Under the pieces are notes generated by a model. It was not told the DNA's origin. It saw only the letters and a list, made by a program, of their open reading frames with translations, and made no database searches. Positions 1 through 9,246 of a stretch of 32,000 nucleotides of DNA are shown piece by piece. The DNA is from Akkermansia muciniphila ATCC BAA-835 (GTDB lineage: Bacteria > Verrucomicrobiota > Verrucomicrobiia > Verrucomicrobiales > Akkermansiaceae), in contig NC_010655.1 of NCBI RefSeq assembly GCF_000020225.1, positions 90,001-122,000 on the forward strand, given 5' to 3'. The position numbers and the translations under genes are program-made. How positions within the stretch are numbered: position 1 is the stretch's first letter; each line of letters starts with the position of its first letter.

Positions 1-1
1 C

Positions 2-583
2 GTGGACATGGTATTCAAAATAAACGCCAAGACCGGCGCTATTGAAGGATACGTGGACTTGTCCCCATCCCGCATGAAATTCCTCAATGACCTGGCGTTC
101 ATCAATGGCAGGCTCATGGTTTCCTCCACGGATACCAACCAGATCTTCTATGTGGACACGAATACCAGCTCTTATGGGGAACTGGTCACCAAACAACCCA
201 TCTACAAACCGAACGGCCTGGCCTGGGACCCGGAAAGAAAGGTCATTTACCTCTGCGAATACGCAACGGATGAAAAAGGCAAACCCAGCGGACGCCTGCT
301 CTCCATTAACCCCGTTTCCCGGGAAGTTACGGAACTTTCCAAGGAACGGGGACAGTATGACGGACTGGTTTACCGTGACAACGCCCTTTACTACAGCGAC
401 TGGTCCAAGGATAAAAAACCGGAAGCTGTCCGCAGGCTGGATTTGAAGACGGGGCGTTCCGCCCCGGTAGCCACTGGCCCTGTTGAAGGGGCGGCGGACT
501 TTATCCTGTATGACTCCATGATGGTGGTTCCGGGCATGACGGAAAAGAAAATCCACATCATGCCCATTGGCGGAAAAAAATAA
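2..583 (+). CDS. C-terminal part of a beta-propeller-like repeat protein (SMP-30/gluconolactonase/NHL-like); the 5' end lies outside the window
   Basis: The frame is open from the window edge to a TAA at 581-583. Blade-like repeats (NGLAWDP, DGLVYRDNALYYSDW) are present, and a hairpin terminator follows. The product name is a fold-level guess. Confidence 0.55.
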   Translation: MDMVFKINAKTGAIEGYVDLSPSRMKFLNDLAFINGRLMVSSTDTNQIFYVDTNTSSYGELVTKQPIYKPNGLAWDPERKVIYLCEYATDEKGKPSGRLLSINPVSREVTELSKERGQYDGLVYRDNALYYSDWSKDKKPEAVRRLDLKTGRSAPVATGPVEGAADFILYDSMMVVPGMTEKKIHIMPIGGKK

Positions 584-616
584 ACACGGCTGTTCCGTTT
601 TTATTCCCCTTATCCG

Positions 617-655
617 GGCCGCCGGCGGCATTCCCCGCGCTGGCGGCCTTTTTCA
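617..655 (+). terminator. Rho-independent terminator
   Basis: GGCCGCC (617-623) pairs with GGCGGCC (642-648), followed by TTTTT (649-653). Confidence 0.6.
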
Positions 656-702
656 ATTTACGGCTTGAAGTACACCTGGGGATGCGCTTAGTTAATGGAG
701 AT

Positions 703-1158
703 ATGAACACGATTTCCGACCAAATCATGGAGGGGATGAAAACCGCCATGAAAGCAAAAGACTCCGTTACCCTCAATACCCTGCGCGCCCTCAAGACGGC
801 TCTCACGAACACGGCCATCGCCAAGGGAGGCTTGGGAACCCGGCTGGAAGAAGCGGAAGAACTGGCCGTGGTCCGCAAGCAAATCAAGCAGCGTGAGGAT
901 TCTGCGGAACAATTCCGCGCCGCCGGACGCCCGGAACTGGCGGAAAAGGAAGAGGCAGAAATCACCGTTCTCAAGCAATTCATGCCCGCAGAGCTTACAG
1001 CAGAAGAAACGGCGGCCATTCTGGAAACCGTGATGAAGGAAACGGGAGCCTCTGCCAAAAAAGATATGGGGCAGGTCATGAAACTCATGCAGGAACGCAC
1101 TGCCGGCAGAGTCAACGGCAAGGAGTTGGCCCGCATGGTGTCAGCCAGACTGTCATGA
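703..1158 (+). CDS. yqeY: GatB/YqeY domain protein
   Basis: The N-terminus MNTISDQIMEGMKTAMKAKD...LRALKTAL is typical of YqeY. GGAG lies just upstream of the ATG at 703; an in-frame ATG at 682 is an alternative start. The stop overlaps the ispD start (ATGA). Confidence 0.85.
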   Translation: MNTISDQIMEGMKTAMKAKDSVTLNTLRALKTALTNTAIAKGGLGTRLEEAEELAVVRKQIKQREDSAEQFRAAGRPELAEKEEAEITVLKQFMPAELTAEETAAILETVMKETGASAKKDMGQVMKLMQERTAGRVNGKELARMVSARLS

Positions 1159-1850
1159 AATGCTGCGCCGCCATCATCGTTGCGGCCGGGTCCTCCCGGC
1201 GTGCCGGATTTGACAAGCTGCTGGCCCCCCTGCACGGCGTCAGGGTGCTGGAACGCAGCATCCGCGCCTTTGCCAACTGCCGGGAAATCACGGAAATCGT
1301 AGTCGTTTGCCCGGAGGAACGTTTTCATGCCATTAACGGCGCAAACCTGGAAACGGAAATACCCGTTACCCGTGTGGACGGAGGGGCGGAACGGCATGAA
1401 TCCGTGCAGAACGGACTGGCAGCCCTGCTTTATACCCCGGAATTCGTGGCCGTGCATGATGGAGCCCGCCCGCTCATTACGGTGGAGCAAATCTCCCGCT
1501 GCATTCAAACCGCCAGGGAATATGGGGCGTCCGCTTCCGCACATCCCGTAACGGACACCCTGAAGCGTGCGGACAAAGAACACTTTACGCTTCCGGAACA
1601 GGTGGAACGGGACGGGCTGTGGTGCATGGAAACCCCGCAGGTCTTTCAATATCCTCTTCTCCTGGACGCCTATGTGGAAGTCACGGAACGGAATATTCAG
1701 GTAACGGATGAAGTAACCGCCCTGCAACTCATCGGCCATCCTACGCGCCTGGTGCATAATCATGAGCCCAATCCCAAAATCACATGGCCGGAAGATATTT
1801 CCCGCGCTGAAATGCTAATGGAACTCAAGCACCTCCGCAATGACTCATGA
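1155..1850 (+). CDS. ispD: 2-C-methyl-D-erythritol 4-phosphate cytidylyltransferase
   Basis: The N-terminal AAIIVAAGSSRRAGFDKL nucleotide-binding motif, the 231-aa length and the overall IspD pattern all fit. There are ATGA overlaps with both neighbouring genes. Confidence 0.9.
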   Translation: MKCCAAIIVAAGSSRRAGFDKLLAPLHGVRVLERSIRAFANCREITEIVVVCPEERFHAINGANLETEIPVTRVDGGAERHESVQNGLAALLYTPEFVAVHDGARPLITVEQISRCIQTAREYGASASAHPVTDTLKRADKEHFTLPEQVERDGLWCMETPQVFQYPLLLDAYVEVTERNIQVTDEVTALQLIGHPTRLVHNHEPNPKITWPEDISRAEMLMELKHLRNDS

Positions 1851-2701
1851 CCGGCCTTCTGTGTAAGAATCCCCGCATCGTTCTCATTCTGGGAACAGGG
1901 TATCTGGGAAAAGCCCTGGCGGAAAGCCTGCGGAAAGCGGGACATACGGCCCTGACGGCGGATATTGACCCGCAAAAAGCCATTTACGAAGCAGACGTTG
2001 CAGACCAGGCCTCCATGCAGGGGCTGGCCGCCCGCATCCCCTCCCCCCAGATCATCGTCATGTGCGCCAGCACGAGGGGAGGCGGAGAGGAAGCCTACCG
2101 CAACCTTTACGCTCATGGAACGCGGAACACGCTGGAAGCCTTTTCCGGAACGCCGGTCATCTTCTGTTCCAGCACAGCCGTCTATGGAATCACGGACGGA
2201 CGCTGGATTACGGAGGAACACAACGTTTATCCCTCCTCTGGAAAAAACGGGCTGCTTATTCAGGCGGAACAGGCGGTTTTGGCAGCGGGGGGCACGGTCG
2301 TCCGGCTGGGAGCCCTGTACGGGCCGGGCCGCTGTGTTCTCGTCTCCCAGTACGTCACGAAGGGGAAGGCCCTCCCCGGAGCCATGAACAGATGGCTCAA
2401 TTACATCCACCGGGATGATGCCGCAGCCGCCCTGCACCTGCTCTGCACCCTGCGGGAACCGCCTGCCGGCATTTACAACCTGACGGACCGCACCCCCATG
2501 CAAATGGGAGAAATATACTCCTACCTTTCCAATTTGCTGGGGAAACCCGCTCCGCAGCCTGAACCGCTCCCGGCGGAAGCGCGCCGGGGCTTCTCCAACC
2601 AGAGGATTTCCTGCTCCCGCCTTCTGGCCCTAGGCTGGGAACCGCTCTACCCAAGCTTTGCGGACGGTGTGCACAATGTGCTGGAGGCACTGGAAGAGTA
2701 A
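1847..2701 (+). CDS. NAD(P)-dependent SDR / epimerase-dehydratase family protein
   Basis: It has an N-terminal Rossmann motif (ILGTGYLGKAL), is 284 aa long, and is translationally coupled to ispD. Confidence 0.75.
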   Translation: MTGLLCKNPRIVLILGTGYLGKALAESLRKAGHTALTADIDPQKAIYEADVADQASMQGLAARIPSPQIIVMCASTRGGGEEAYRNLYAHGTRNTLEAFSGTPVIFCSSTAVYGITDGRWITEEHNVYPSSGKNGLLIQAEQAVLAAGGTVVRLGALYGPGRCVLVSQYVTKGKALPGAMNRWLNYIHRDDAAAALHLLCTLREPPAGIYNLTDRTPMQMGEIYSYLSNLLGKPAPQPEPLPAEARRGFSNQRISCSRLLALGWEPLYPSFADGVHNVLEALEE

Positions 2702-2853
2702 ATTTCACACCCATCCTTTTCCTCGCTGACCGGCCCTTTCCGGACATTCCATAAACAAGAAGAGGCACCCCTGCTGAACGCATCTCGTGAGGCAGGCACA
2801 TGCCGGAAAAAAATCCAGCCGGCGGCCCCGCCTGTCTTTGACTCTCCCCTTTC

Positions 2854-2882
2854 TTGACTTGCCGGGCGCGAACAGGCAAAAT
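2854..2882 (+). promoter_or_regulatory. Putative sigma70-type promoter of trpS (TTGACT-17 nt-CAAAAT)
   Basis: TTGACT at 2854-2859, a 17-nt spacer, then CAAAAT at 2877-2882. The ATG at 2893 lies only about 10 nt downstream, which implies a very short leader. Confidence 0.35.
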
Positions 2883-2892
2883 CCCGCGCGCA

Positions 2893-3858
2893 ATGCGTAT
2901 CATCACAGGTCTTCAACCCAGCGGCAAGCTGCATGTCGGCAACTACTTCGGAGCCATGGAACCGGCTGTCCGCATGCAGGAAAGCGGGGAATCTTTCTAC
3001 TTCCTGGCGGACTACCACGCCATGAGCACCGTTCACGACGCGAACGCGCTGAGGGAAAACTGCAGCAACCTCGCTACGGACTTTCTGGCCGTGGGCCTGG
3101 ATCCCGAAAAATGCGTCTTTTTCCGCCAGTCCGCCGTGCCGGAAGTCAATGAACTGGCCTGGATACTCAGCACCGTCTGTCCGATGGGCCTGCTGGAACG
3201 CTGCCATTCCTACAAAGATAAAATCGCCAAGGGATTCTCCCCCAGCAACGCCCTGTTCACCTACCCCGTGCTGATGGCTGCCGACATCCTGATGTATGAC
3301 TCCGACCTGGTGCCCGTAGGCAAGGACCAGAAACAGCATCTGGAAGTCACACGCGACCTGGCGGGCAAAATGAACGAACAATTCGGAGAAGGCACCTGCA
3401 AACTTCCGGATGCGCTCATTGCGGAAAGCACAGCCATTGTTCCGGGGCTGGACGGGCAGAAAATGAGTAAAAGCTATAATAACACGCTCCCTATTTTCGG
3501 AGAGGAAAAAGCTGTCCGCAAACTCATCATGAGAATCCCCACGGATTCCACCCCCGTGGAAGATCCCAAACCGACGGAAGGTTCCGTCATCCTGCAGCTT
3601 TACAAACTCTTTGCCTCCGCGCAGGGTTATGAAGACATGGTGCGCGGTTTCCAGAACGGGGGATGCGGCTATGGAGACTTCAAAAAGCGCCTCTTTGACG
3701 CTTACTGGGAATACTTCCGGCCCGCGCGCGAACGCAGGGCGGAACTGGAAGCCAATCAGGACTATGTGCGCCGGACGCTGGAAGAAGGCGCCCGCAAGGC
3801 GCGCGAGACGGCCTCTGTAGTGCTGGACAGGGTGCGCCGCGCCGTGGGGCTGGCCTGA
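2893..3858 (+). CDS. trpS: Tryptophan--tRNA ligase
   Basis: MRIITGLQPSGKLHVGNYFGA carries the HIGH-class motif, and KMSKS is present. The length is 321 aa. Confidence 0.95.
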   Translation: MRIITGLQPSGKLHVGNYFGAMEPAVRMQESGESFYFLADYHAMSTVHDANALRENCSNLATDFLAVGLDPEKCVFFRQSAVPEVNELAWILSTVCPMGLLERCHSYKDKIAKGFSPSNALFTYPVLMAADILMYDSDLVPVGKDQKQHLEVTRDLAGKMNEQFGEGTCKLPDALIAESTAIVPGLDGQKMSKSYNNTLPIFGEEKAVRKLIMRIPTDSTPVEDPKPTEGSVILQLYKLFASAQGYEDMVRGFQNGGCGYGDFKKRLFDAYWEYFRPARERRAELEANQDYVRRTLEEGARKARETASVVLDRVRRAVGLA

Positions 3859-3946
3859 AACGGAATAAAACGGAACACCCGGGAAAGCCGGGGCAGCACA
3901 CGTTTTTTTGTGGCATGGAAAAGTACGGAATGTTATACAGAAAGAT

Positions 3947-4417
3947 ATGAAGAATATTCTGGTAGCTATTGATTTCTCCAACGCCACGGACGCCGTCATC
4001 CACCAAATCGGCAAACTGGCCTGCCCCAACGACAGCATCATCCATTTGCTCCACATTGTGGAACCCAGCATTTGCTATGAAGTCTCCGGCGTTCTGCCGG
4101 ATGAAGTGCCCGTTCCCGTGATGGACCAGACGGAAGAAAACGAAGTCATTTCCATCGCCAAAAACCATTTGAAACAGACGGCGGAAAAACTCTCCCGGCT
4201 GACGGACGCCACGATCATCCAGGCGGTGGAAGATGAATTTGAAATCAGCGAAGCAGTCATTAATTATGCTGAAAAACACCACATCGACATGATCGTGGTG
4301 GGCAAGCATAACCACGGCTTCCTCTCCACCGTCTTTCTGGGCAGCGTAGCAAGCTCCGTGATGCGGAAATCCCCCGTGCCCGTTCTGGTAGTGCCCGTCA
4401 CCAGGGAAGAACAGTAA
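3947..4417 (+). CDS. Universal stress protein (UspA family)
   Basis: MKNILVAIDFS...MIVVGKHNHGF...GSVASSVMRKSPVPVLVVP is the canonical Usp pattern. Confidence 0.85.
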   Translation: MKNILVAIDFSNATDAVIHQIGKLACPNDSIIHLLHIVEPSICYEVSGVLPDEVPVPVMDQTEENEVISIAKNHLKQTAEKLSRLTDATIIQAVEDEFEISEAVINYAEKHHIDMIVVGKHNHGFLSTVFLGSVASSVMRKSPVPVLVVPVTREEQ

Positions 4418-4450
4418 AAACCGCCATCTGCGCCAGCTCCGTCCCAATCC

Positions 4451-5254
4451 ATGATTACCATACTCTTTATAGGCGATGTGGTCGGCGAACCCGGACGCAC
4501 CGCCGTGAAACACATGTTGCCGGAACTCAAACGGGAACACGGGGCGGACTTCATCATCGTCAACGGGGAAAACGCGGCTGCCGGGAGAGGTATCACGCCC
4601 CGTCTGGCACAGGAACTGCTGCACGCCGGAGTGGATGTCATCACAACGGGAGACCATGTCTGGGACCAGGCGGAGCTGGCCCCGTGGATGGAATCCGAAC
4701 CGCGGGTGCTGCGCCCCGTCAACTATCCGCAGGGAACACCGGGGCACGGAAGCGTAGTCGTGGAAACTCCCAAGGGGAAAATAGCCGTCATGCAGGTTCA
4801 GGGGCGCTCATTCATTCAGCCGCCGCTGGAAAACCCCTTCCTCATCTCGGAAGCGGAAGCCAAAAGGCTCAGGGAAGAAAAAGGCGTGCGGGTTATCTTT
4901 GTGGACATGCACGCGGAAACGACCAGTGAAAAAATCTCCACCGGCTACAATCTGGACGGCCTGGTTTCCGCCGTCGTCGGGACACATACCCATGTGCAGA
5001 CGGCGGATGAAACCATTCTGGAGCGCGGCACGGCCTACCTGACGGATGCCGGCATGTGCGGCCCTGCCGTCGGGGTGCTGGGACGGGAACGGGAACCTAT
5101 TCTCCAGCGTTTCCGCACCTCCATGCCGGCCAAATTCCCCGTAGCGAACTGGCCCGTGCGCCTCTGCGGAGCCGTCGTGCAAATAGATGAAGCCACAGGC
5201 AGGGCGCTCAGCATCGCCCGCATCAATAAAATCGTGGAAAAACCGGCCTCCTGA
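4451..5254 (+). CDS. ymdB: YmdB-like metallophosphoesterase (TIGR00282 family, 2',3'-cyclic-nucleotide phosphodiesterase)
   Basis: MITILFIGDVVGEPGR, GENAAAGRGIT and DMHAETTSEK motifs, with a length of 267 aa. Confidence 0.85.
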   Translation: MITILFIGDVVGEPGRTAVKHMLPELKREHGADFIIVNGENAAAGRGITPRLAQELLHAGVDVITTGDHVWDQAELAPWMESEPRVLRPVNYPQGTPGHGSVVVETPKGKIAVMQVQGRSFIQPPLENPFLISEAEAKRLREEKGVRVIFVDMHAETTSEKISTGYNLDGLVSAVVGTHTHVQTADETILERGTAYLTDAGMCGPAVGVLGREREPILQRFRTSMPAKFPVANWPVRLCGAVVQIDEATGRALSIARINKIVEKPAS

Positions 5255-5255
5255 C

Positions 5256-5582
5256 ATGCATGCTTCAGCAGCATTCCTCTTCCCGTGCCCGGTGGCGGCT
5301 CTCTGCGGATGTTCCGAACATGGCGGAAGCCTCGTGAAGCGCGACCAGAACGCGGATTATAAGAAAAACCTGTTTCAACGGACGCCCTCCATCACACTCG
5401 CGGAAGGAAAAAGCTGCCGGCGTCCCGCCTCCCCTTCCCGGAATAACGGGAAGCTGGCTGTGGCGTCCGGAATCCAAGGATTTCCCGCGTTTCCATATTT
5501 TCAGGATGAAGCAACGGACAGAAACCCGGGCGCCCTTATTCCCCTTAATCTCCCATACTCTGGAACAGACACGTGGTCATGA
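5256..5582 (+). CDS. Hypothetical small exported protein or lipoprotein (108 aa)
   Basis: The ATG sits 1 nt after the ymdB stop. The N-terminus is hydrophobic with Cys residues (FLFPCPVAALCGC). The stop overlaps the tcdA ATG as ATGA (5579-5582). No family was recognised. Confidence 0.4.
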   Translation: MHASAAFLFPCPVAALCGCSEHGGSLVKRDQNADYKKNLFQRTPSITLAEGKSCRRPASPSRNNGKLAVASGIQGFPAFPYFQDEATDRNPGALIPLNLPYSGTDTWS

Positions 5583-6373
5583 ACTATGAAGCCAGATTCG
5601 GCGGTATAGGCCGCCTGTACGGAAACAGCGGACTATCTCTTCTCAGAAGCGCCCGCATAGCCGTCGTCGGCATTGGGGGTGTAGGTTCCTGGGCGGCGGA
5701 AGCCCTGGCTCGGTCAGGCGTAGGCACTATCATTCTGATGGATATGGACGACCTCTGCATTACCAACACCAACCGGCAAATACATGCGTTGGCGTCCACA
5801 ATCGGGCAATCCAAAACGGAAACCATGGCCACACGCATCCGGGAAATCAACCCGGAAGCGGAAGTCATTCCCATCAGCAATTTCTACACGGCCTCCAACG
5901 CGGAAAAACTGCTGTCGGCGGAACCGGACGTCATCATTGACGCCATCGACTCCCTGATACCCAAGGCCCACCTCATCGCCTCCTGTTACCGCGGCAAGCA
6001 ACCGCTGGTAACCTGCGGCGGCGCGGGAGGGCGCATCAATCCCGCCCGGATAGAAATAGACGACCTCTCCCGCACCAGGGGGGATCCCCTGCTCTCCAGC
6101 TTACGCTACAGGCTGAAAAAAGATTATGCCCTTCCGCTTGGAGAAAAAGCCCGGAAACTGAAAATCCCCTGCGTTTTCTCCCAGGAAACGCCCGTATACC
6201 CCACCTGCGACGGAAAAACCTCCTGCACACGTGATCCGGAATTTCAAGGGAAAACGGGTTGTGACGCCGGATTCGGCTCCGTCACCCATATCACGGGAAC
6301 CTTTGGCTTCTTTGCGGCTTCCGCCGCCATTCAAATGCTCTTAAATAAGAAAAAAACACCATCGTCATCATGA
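5579..6373 (+). CDS. tcdA: tRNA threonylcarbamoyladenosine dehydratase (ThiF/E1-like)
   Basis: MNYEARFGGIGRLYG...VVGIGGVGSWAAEALARSGVG..DMD is characteristic of TcdA/CsdL. An alternative GTG start lies at 5573. Confidence 0.85.
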   Translation: MNYEARFGGIGRLYGNSGLSLLRSARIAVVGIGGVGSWAAEALARSGVGTIILMDMDDLCITNTNRQIHALASTIGQSKTETMATRIREINPEAEVIPISNFYTASNAEKLLSAEPDVIIDAIDSLIPKAHLIASCYRGKQPLVTCGGAGGRINPARIEIDDLSRTRGDPLLSSLRYRLKKDYALPLGEKARKLKIPCVFSQETPVYPTCDGKTSCTRDPEFQGKTGCDAGFGSVTHITGTFGFFAASAAIQMLLNKKKTPSSS

Positions 6374-6885
6374 ACAAACTCCTGCTTTCCCTGCTGGGGG
6401 CCGCCCTCCTTCCCGCCTTGACCCAGTGCAACACCCTGGAAAAAGACATTGCCGGCATCAACGCCCGCAATGCGGAAATAGCCTGCGAACCCAGGGGAAA
6501 CTACTTCGTCGGCCGCCGCTACCATGTACCGGCAACGCGCTTCTGGGGATACCTGCGCCAGCCGGGCCAGACTTGGAGAACGGCCCAACTCGTCATCATG
6601 GATGAAAGCGCCTGCCGCACCCCGGACCGCCTGCCGGAATACACCGGAAATCCGCGCTACGCCTACGACAACAACTATGAATACAGGGTATACGGCAAAT
6701 ACACGGGCAAATACGGTTACGAACCCAATTCCAATCTGAAGCTGCCCATCTTCAAACCGACCAGGTTTGAAGTGGCCAACGCCAACCCCGGCTGGCTCTT
6801 CAAACCCTCGGAAAAATATGATACCGGAGCCGTTACTCTGCGCCCTGCTATCATGCCCGCGACAACCTCCCTCCCGGTCCGGTAA
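6370..6885 (+). CDS. Hypothetical exported protein or lipoprotein
   Basis: It has a signal peptide (MNKLLLSLLGAALLPALTQC) and an ATGA overlap with tcdA. No family was recognised. Confidence 0.7.
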   Translation: MNKLLLSLLGAALLPALTQCNTLEKDIAGINARNAEIACEPRGNYFVGRRYHVPATRFWGYLRQPGQTWRTAQLVIMDESACRTPDRLPEYTGNPRYAYDNNYEYRVYGKYTGKYGYEPNSNLKLPIFKPTRFEVANANPGWLFKPSEKYDTGAVTLRPAIMPATTSLPVR

Positions 6886-6937
6886 GAAAAACCTGTCCGC
6901 AAAAACGGGCCCGGAAAGATAAAAAAGAAGAAAAAGC

Positions 6938-6966
6938 TTGATATTTTCATTTCTCTGCGCTAAAAA
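6938..6966 (+). promoter_or_regulatory. Putative promoter of tRNA-Leu (TTGATA-17 nt-TAAAAA) with an A-rich upstream tract
   Basis: TTGATA at 6938-6943, a 17-nt spacer, then TAAAAA at 6961-6966. The tRNA starts at 6989. Confidence 0.5.
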
Positions 6967-6988
6967 CTCTCTGCCTTAAGGCCTCCAT

Positions 6989-7074
<86 letters not shown>

Positions 7075-7085
7075 TCCTCTTTCAT

Positions 7086-7125
7086 ACCGCAAGTTGCTGG
7101 TTTTCAGCTCTTGCGGTTTTCGTTT
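7086..7125 (+). terminator. Rho-independent terminator after tRNA-Leu
   Basis: ACCGCAAG (7086-7093) pairs with CTTGCGGT (7110-7117), followed by TTTTCGTTT. Confidence 0.6.
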
Positions 7126-7285
7126 GCCGGCGGCGGGAAAATAAGCCGCAACACATTTTTTATCAACAGGGGAGGGCATGCGCTATAAAAAGAAAGGCAT
7201 TTCCCCACTTCCGGCCCCCCCGAACTCTTACTTGCCGGAAACAATCCGGACGTAATCAGTGAAGGATTGGCCCTTACGGCATCCG

Positions 7286-8248
7286 TTAAAAACCCTCCGC
7301 CATCAGGGCCACGGCTTCTTCACGGCTCGGCATGGAACGGATGGCTCCCTTGCGTGTCGTCACAATGGAAGCGGCGGCATTGGCGAACAAAAGCATGTCC
7401 GCCAACTGGCCTTCCGTCAGGTTTTCCAGCCCGGTTTCCAGAATCCGGTCCAGGCAGCATCCCAAAAAGGCGTCTCCGGCTCCTGTTGTGTCAATAGTCT
7501 TGACGTTCAAGTACGTAGGCTGGTGAATAAGTTTGCTTTCATAGGCAGCCCAGCTTCCTTTTCTGCCCCCCGTCACCAGAATAAGGCGCAAATTGTCGAA
7601 CTCCCTCTGTAAAATCCTCAATCCTTCTTCCATGGTGGCGCAGCCGGTGAGGAAGAGAAGTTCCTCCATTTCTATTTTCATGACGCTGCATGCGCCGCAT
7701 CCGTAGAGCATTTGTTCCCGGGCCAGTTCCATATCAGGCCACAGGGGCGGACGGAGATTGGGGTCAAAAGAGATGAGTGCTCCTTTTTTCCGCGCATGGC
7801 TGACGGCATGCCGGGTAGCCCTCCGAACATCATCATGCGTCATGGAAATCGTCCCGAAATGGAAGACGCGCGCGTGCTCCACCAATTCAAGGGCCACTTC
7901 TCCCGCAGTCAGCTTCATATCGGCGCCGGGATTACGGTAAAAGGAAAATTCACGGTCTCCGTGTTCGTCAATCTGAACGAAAGCCAACGTCGTATTGACT
8001 TCCCGGGATGCGACGAGACCTGAATCTCCAATGCCTTCTTCCTGAAGCGTGCGGCGAAGCATTTTCCCGAACATGTCGTGGCCCACTTTGCCAATGAAGG
8101 AGGTTTTGCGCCCGAGCCTGGACAGCATGGACAGGACGTTGCAGGGAGCTCCGCCCGGATTGGCCTGATAAACGGGCAGTTCCCGGTCATTTATTCCGCA
8201 GGGAGTGAAGTCTATCAGCAATTCTCCGAGAGCTACGACGTCATACAT
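7286..8248 (-). CDS. PfkB-family carbohydrate kinase (fructokinase-like)
   Basis: MYDVVALGELLIDFTP plus the C-terminal DTTGAGDAF motif. I trimmed the 393-aa ORF to the ATG at 8248, because the upstream extension does not look protein-like. Confidence 0.85.
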   Translation of the reverse strand: MYDVVALGELLIDFTPCGINDRELPVYQANPGGAPCNVLSMLSRLGRKTSFIGKVGHDMFGKMLRRTLQEEGIGDSGLVASREVNTTLAFVQIDEHGDREFSFYRNPGADMKLTAGEVALELVEHARVFHFGTISMTHDDVRRATRHAVSHARKKGALISFDPNLRPPLWPDMELAREQMLYGCGACSVMKIEMEELLFLTGCATMEEGLRILQREFDNLRLILVTGGRKGSWAAYESKLIHQPTYLNVKTIDTTGAGDAFLGCCLDRILETGLENLTEGQLADMLLFANAAASIVTTRKGAIRSMPSREEAVALMAEGF

Positions 8249-8742
8249 GCTTTTGCAAATGTTGAAAGTGAACCTTCCGGCGAAATATAAACCGGGAGAG
8301 ATAAAGAAGCATAGAACGCGACGGCCTTGCGGGAAAAGGAAAAAGAGATTCATTCCAGTCATGGCGGAAAAGGAATTTCCCCTTTTATCCCGCCCTGCAG
8401 AAGCCTCGGAGGTTGAAGGAATGCCCAGATGTGAACAAGTATGGCATATATCCCTAACGCCCTCCACTCAGGAAATGCCCATCAAGATGAGACGGCAAAA
8501 ACAGTCCTGCGCGAGGCACGCGCGGAACGCAGGAGAGAGTGTCCCCAACGGGGCAAATGCCCCCTTACGGGCATTTATGGGCGCGACTTCTTCTGCTCCC
8601 TCCCATTCCTCCGCAACAAACACGCATTTTCAAGGCATTTCAAGCTTCTTTAAGAGAATTCAACCCTTTTCAAGCATGTGTGATGGTCACAATATTCCGC
8701 ATTTTTCTTCATGATTCCCTTCCCATCCTGTAATATGCGCCC

Positions 8743-9246
8743 ATGCAAGAAAAAAGCAGCGGCTTTCAATGGCCCGCACAGTGGACCCCCGATATTCTCG
8801 CCACGTTGATGTTCGTGGTGCAGAAAGGAAGGATTCTCCTGATACGCAAAAAGAGGGGAATCGGCGCGGGCAAGGTGAACGGCCCCGGCGGAAAGTTTGA
8901 ACCGGGGGAAACGGCCCTGCAATGCGTTTTGCGGGAAGTTCGGGAAGAGCTTCACATTGATATTGAGGATGCCCGGGAAATGGGCGTGCTGAATTTTTCC
9001 TTTGCCTGCGGCACCATTCCGGAAATCCGCTGCCACGTGTTTATGGCGACGTCTTTTACAGGCACCCCCACGGAAACCCCCGAGGCGGAGCCCTTCTGGT
9101 GTCCGGTGGACGGGATTCCCTATGACCTCATGTGGCAGGATGACCGGTTCTGGCTGCCCGCCATGCTGGACGGGAAACGGTTTGAGGCGTTTTTCACGTT
9201 TGAGGGGGACCGAATGCTGGAATTTTCCCTGAAAGCAGAGGATTAA
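8743..9246 (+). CDS. NUDIX hydrolase (MutT-like)
   Basis: Nudix box GPGGKFEPGETALQCVLREVREELHI. Confidence 0.85.
   Translation: MQEKSSGFQWPAQWTPDILATLMFVVQKGRILLIRKKRGIGAGKVNGPGGKFEPGETALQCVLREVREELHIDIEDAREMGVLNFSFACGTIPEIRCHVFMATSFTGTPTETPEAEPFWCPVDGIPYDLMWQDDRFWLPAMLDGKRFEAFFTFEGDRMLEFSLKAED

Noticed and set aside
558-1763. 401-aa minus-strand ORF spanning yqeY and ispD. Similar long antisense ORFs occur at 2647-4071, 3680-4747, 10085-11326, 11323-12252, 16280-17662, 23108-24475, 24904-25959, 28162-29001, 28925-29683 and 30786-31556.
   Set aside because: All lie antisense to (or, for 3680-4747, mostly antisense to) genes with unmistakable family signatures. Their products are Arg/Gly/Pro-rich with no recognisable motifs. 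They are the shadow ORFs expected in GC-rich DNA.
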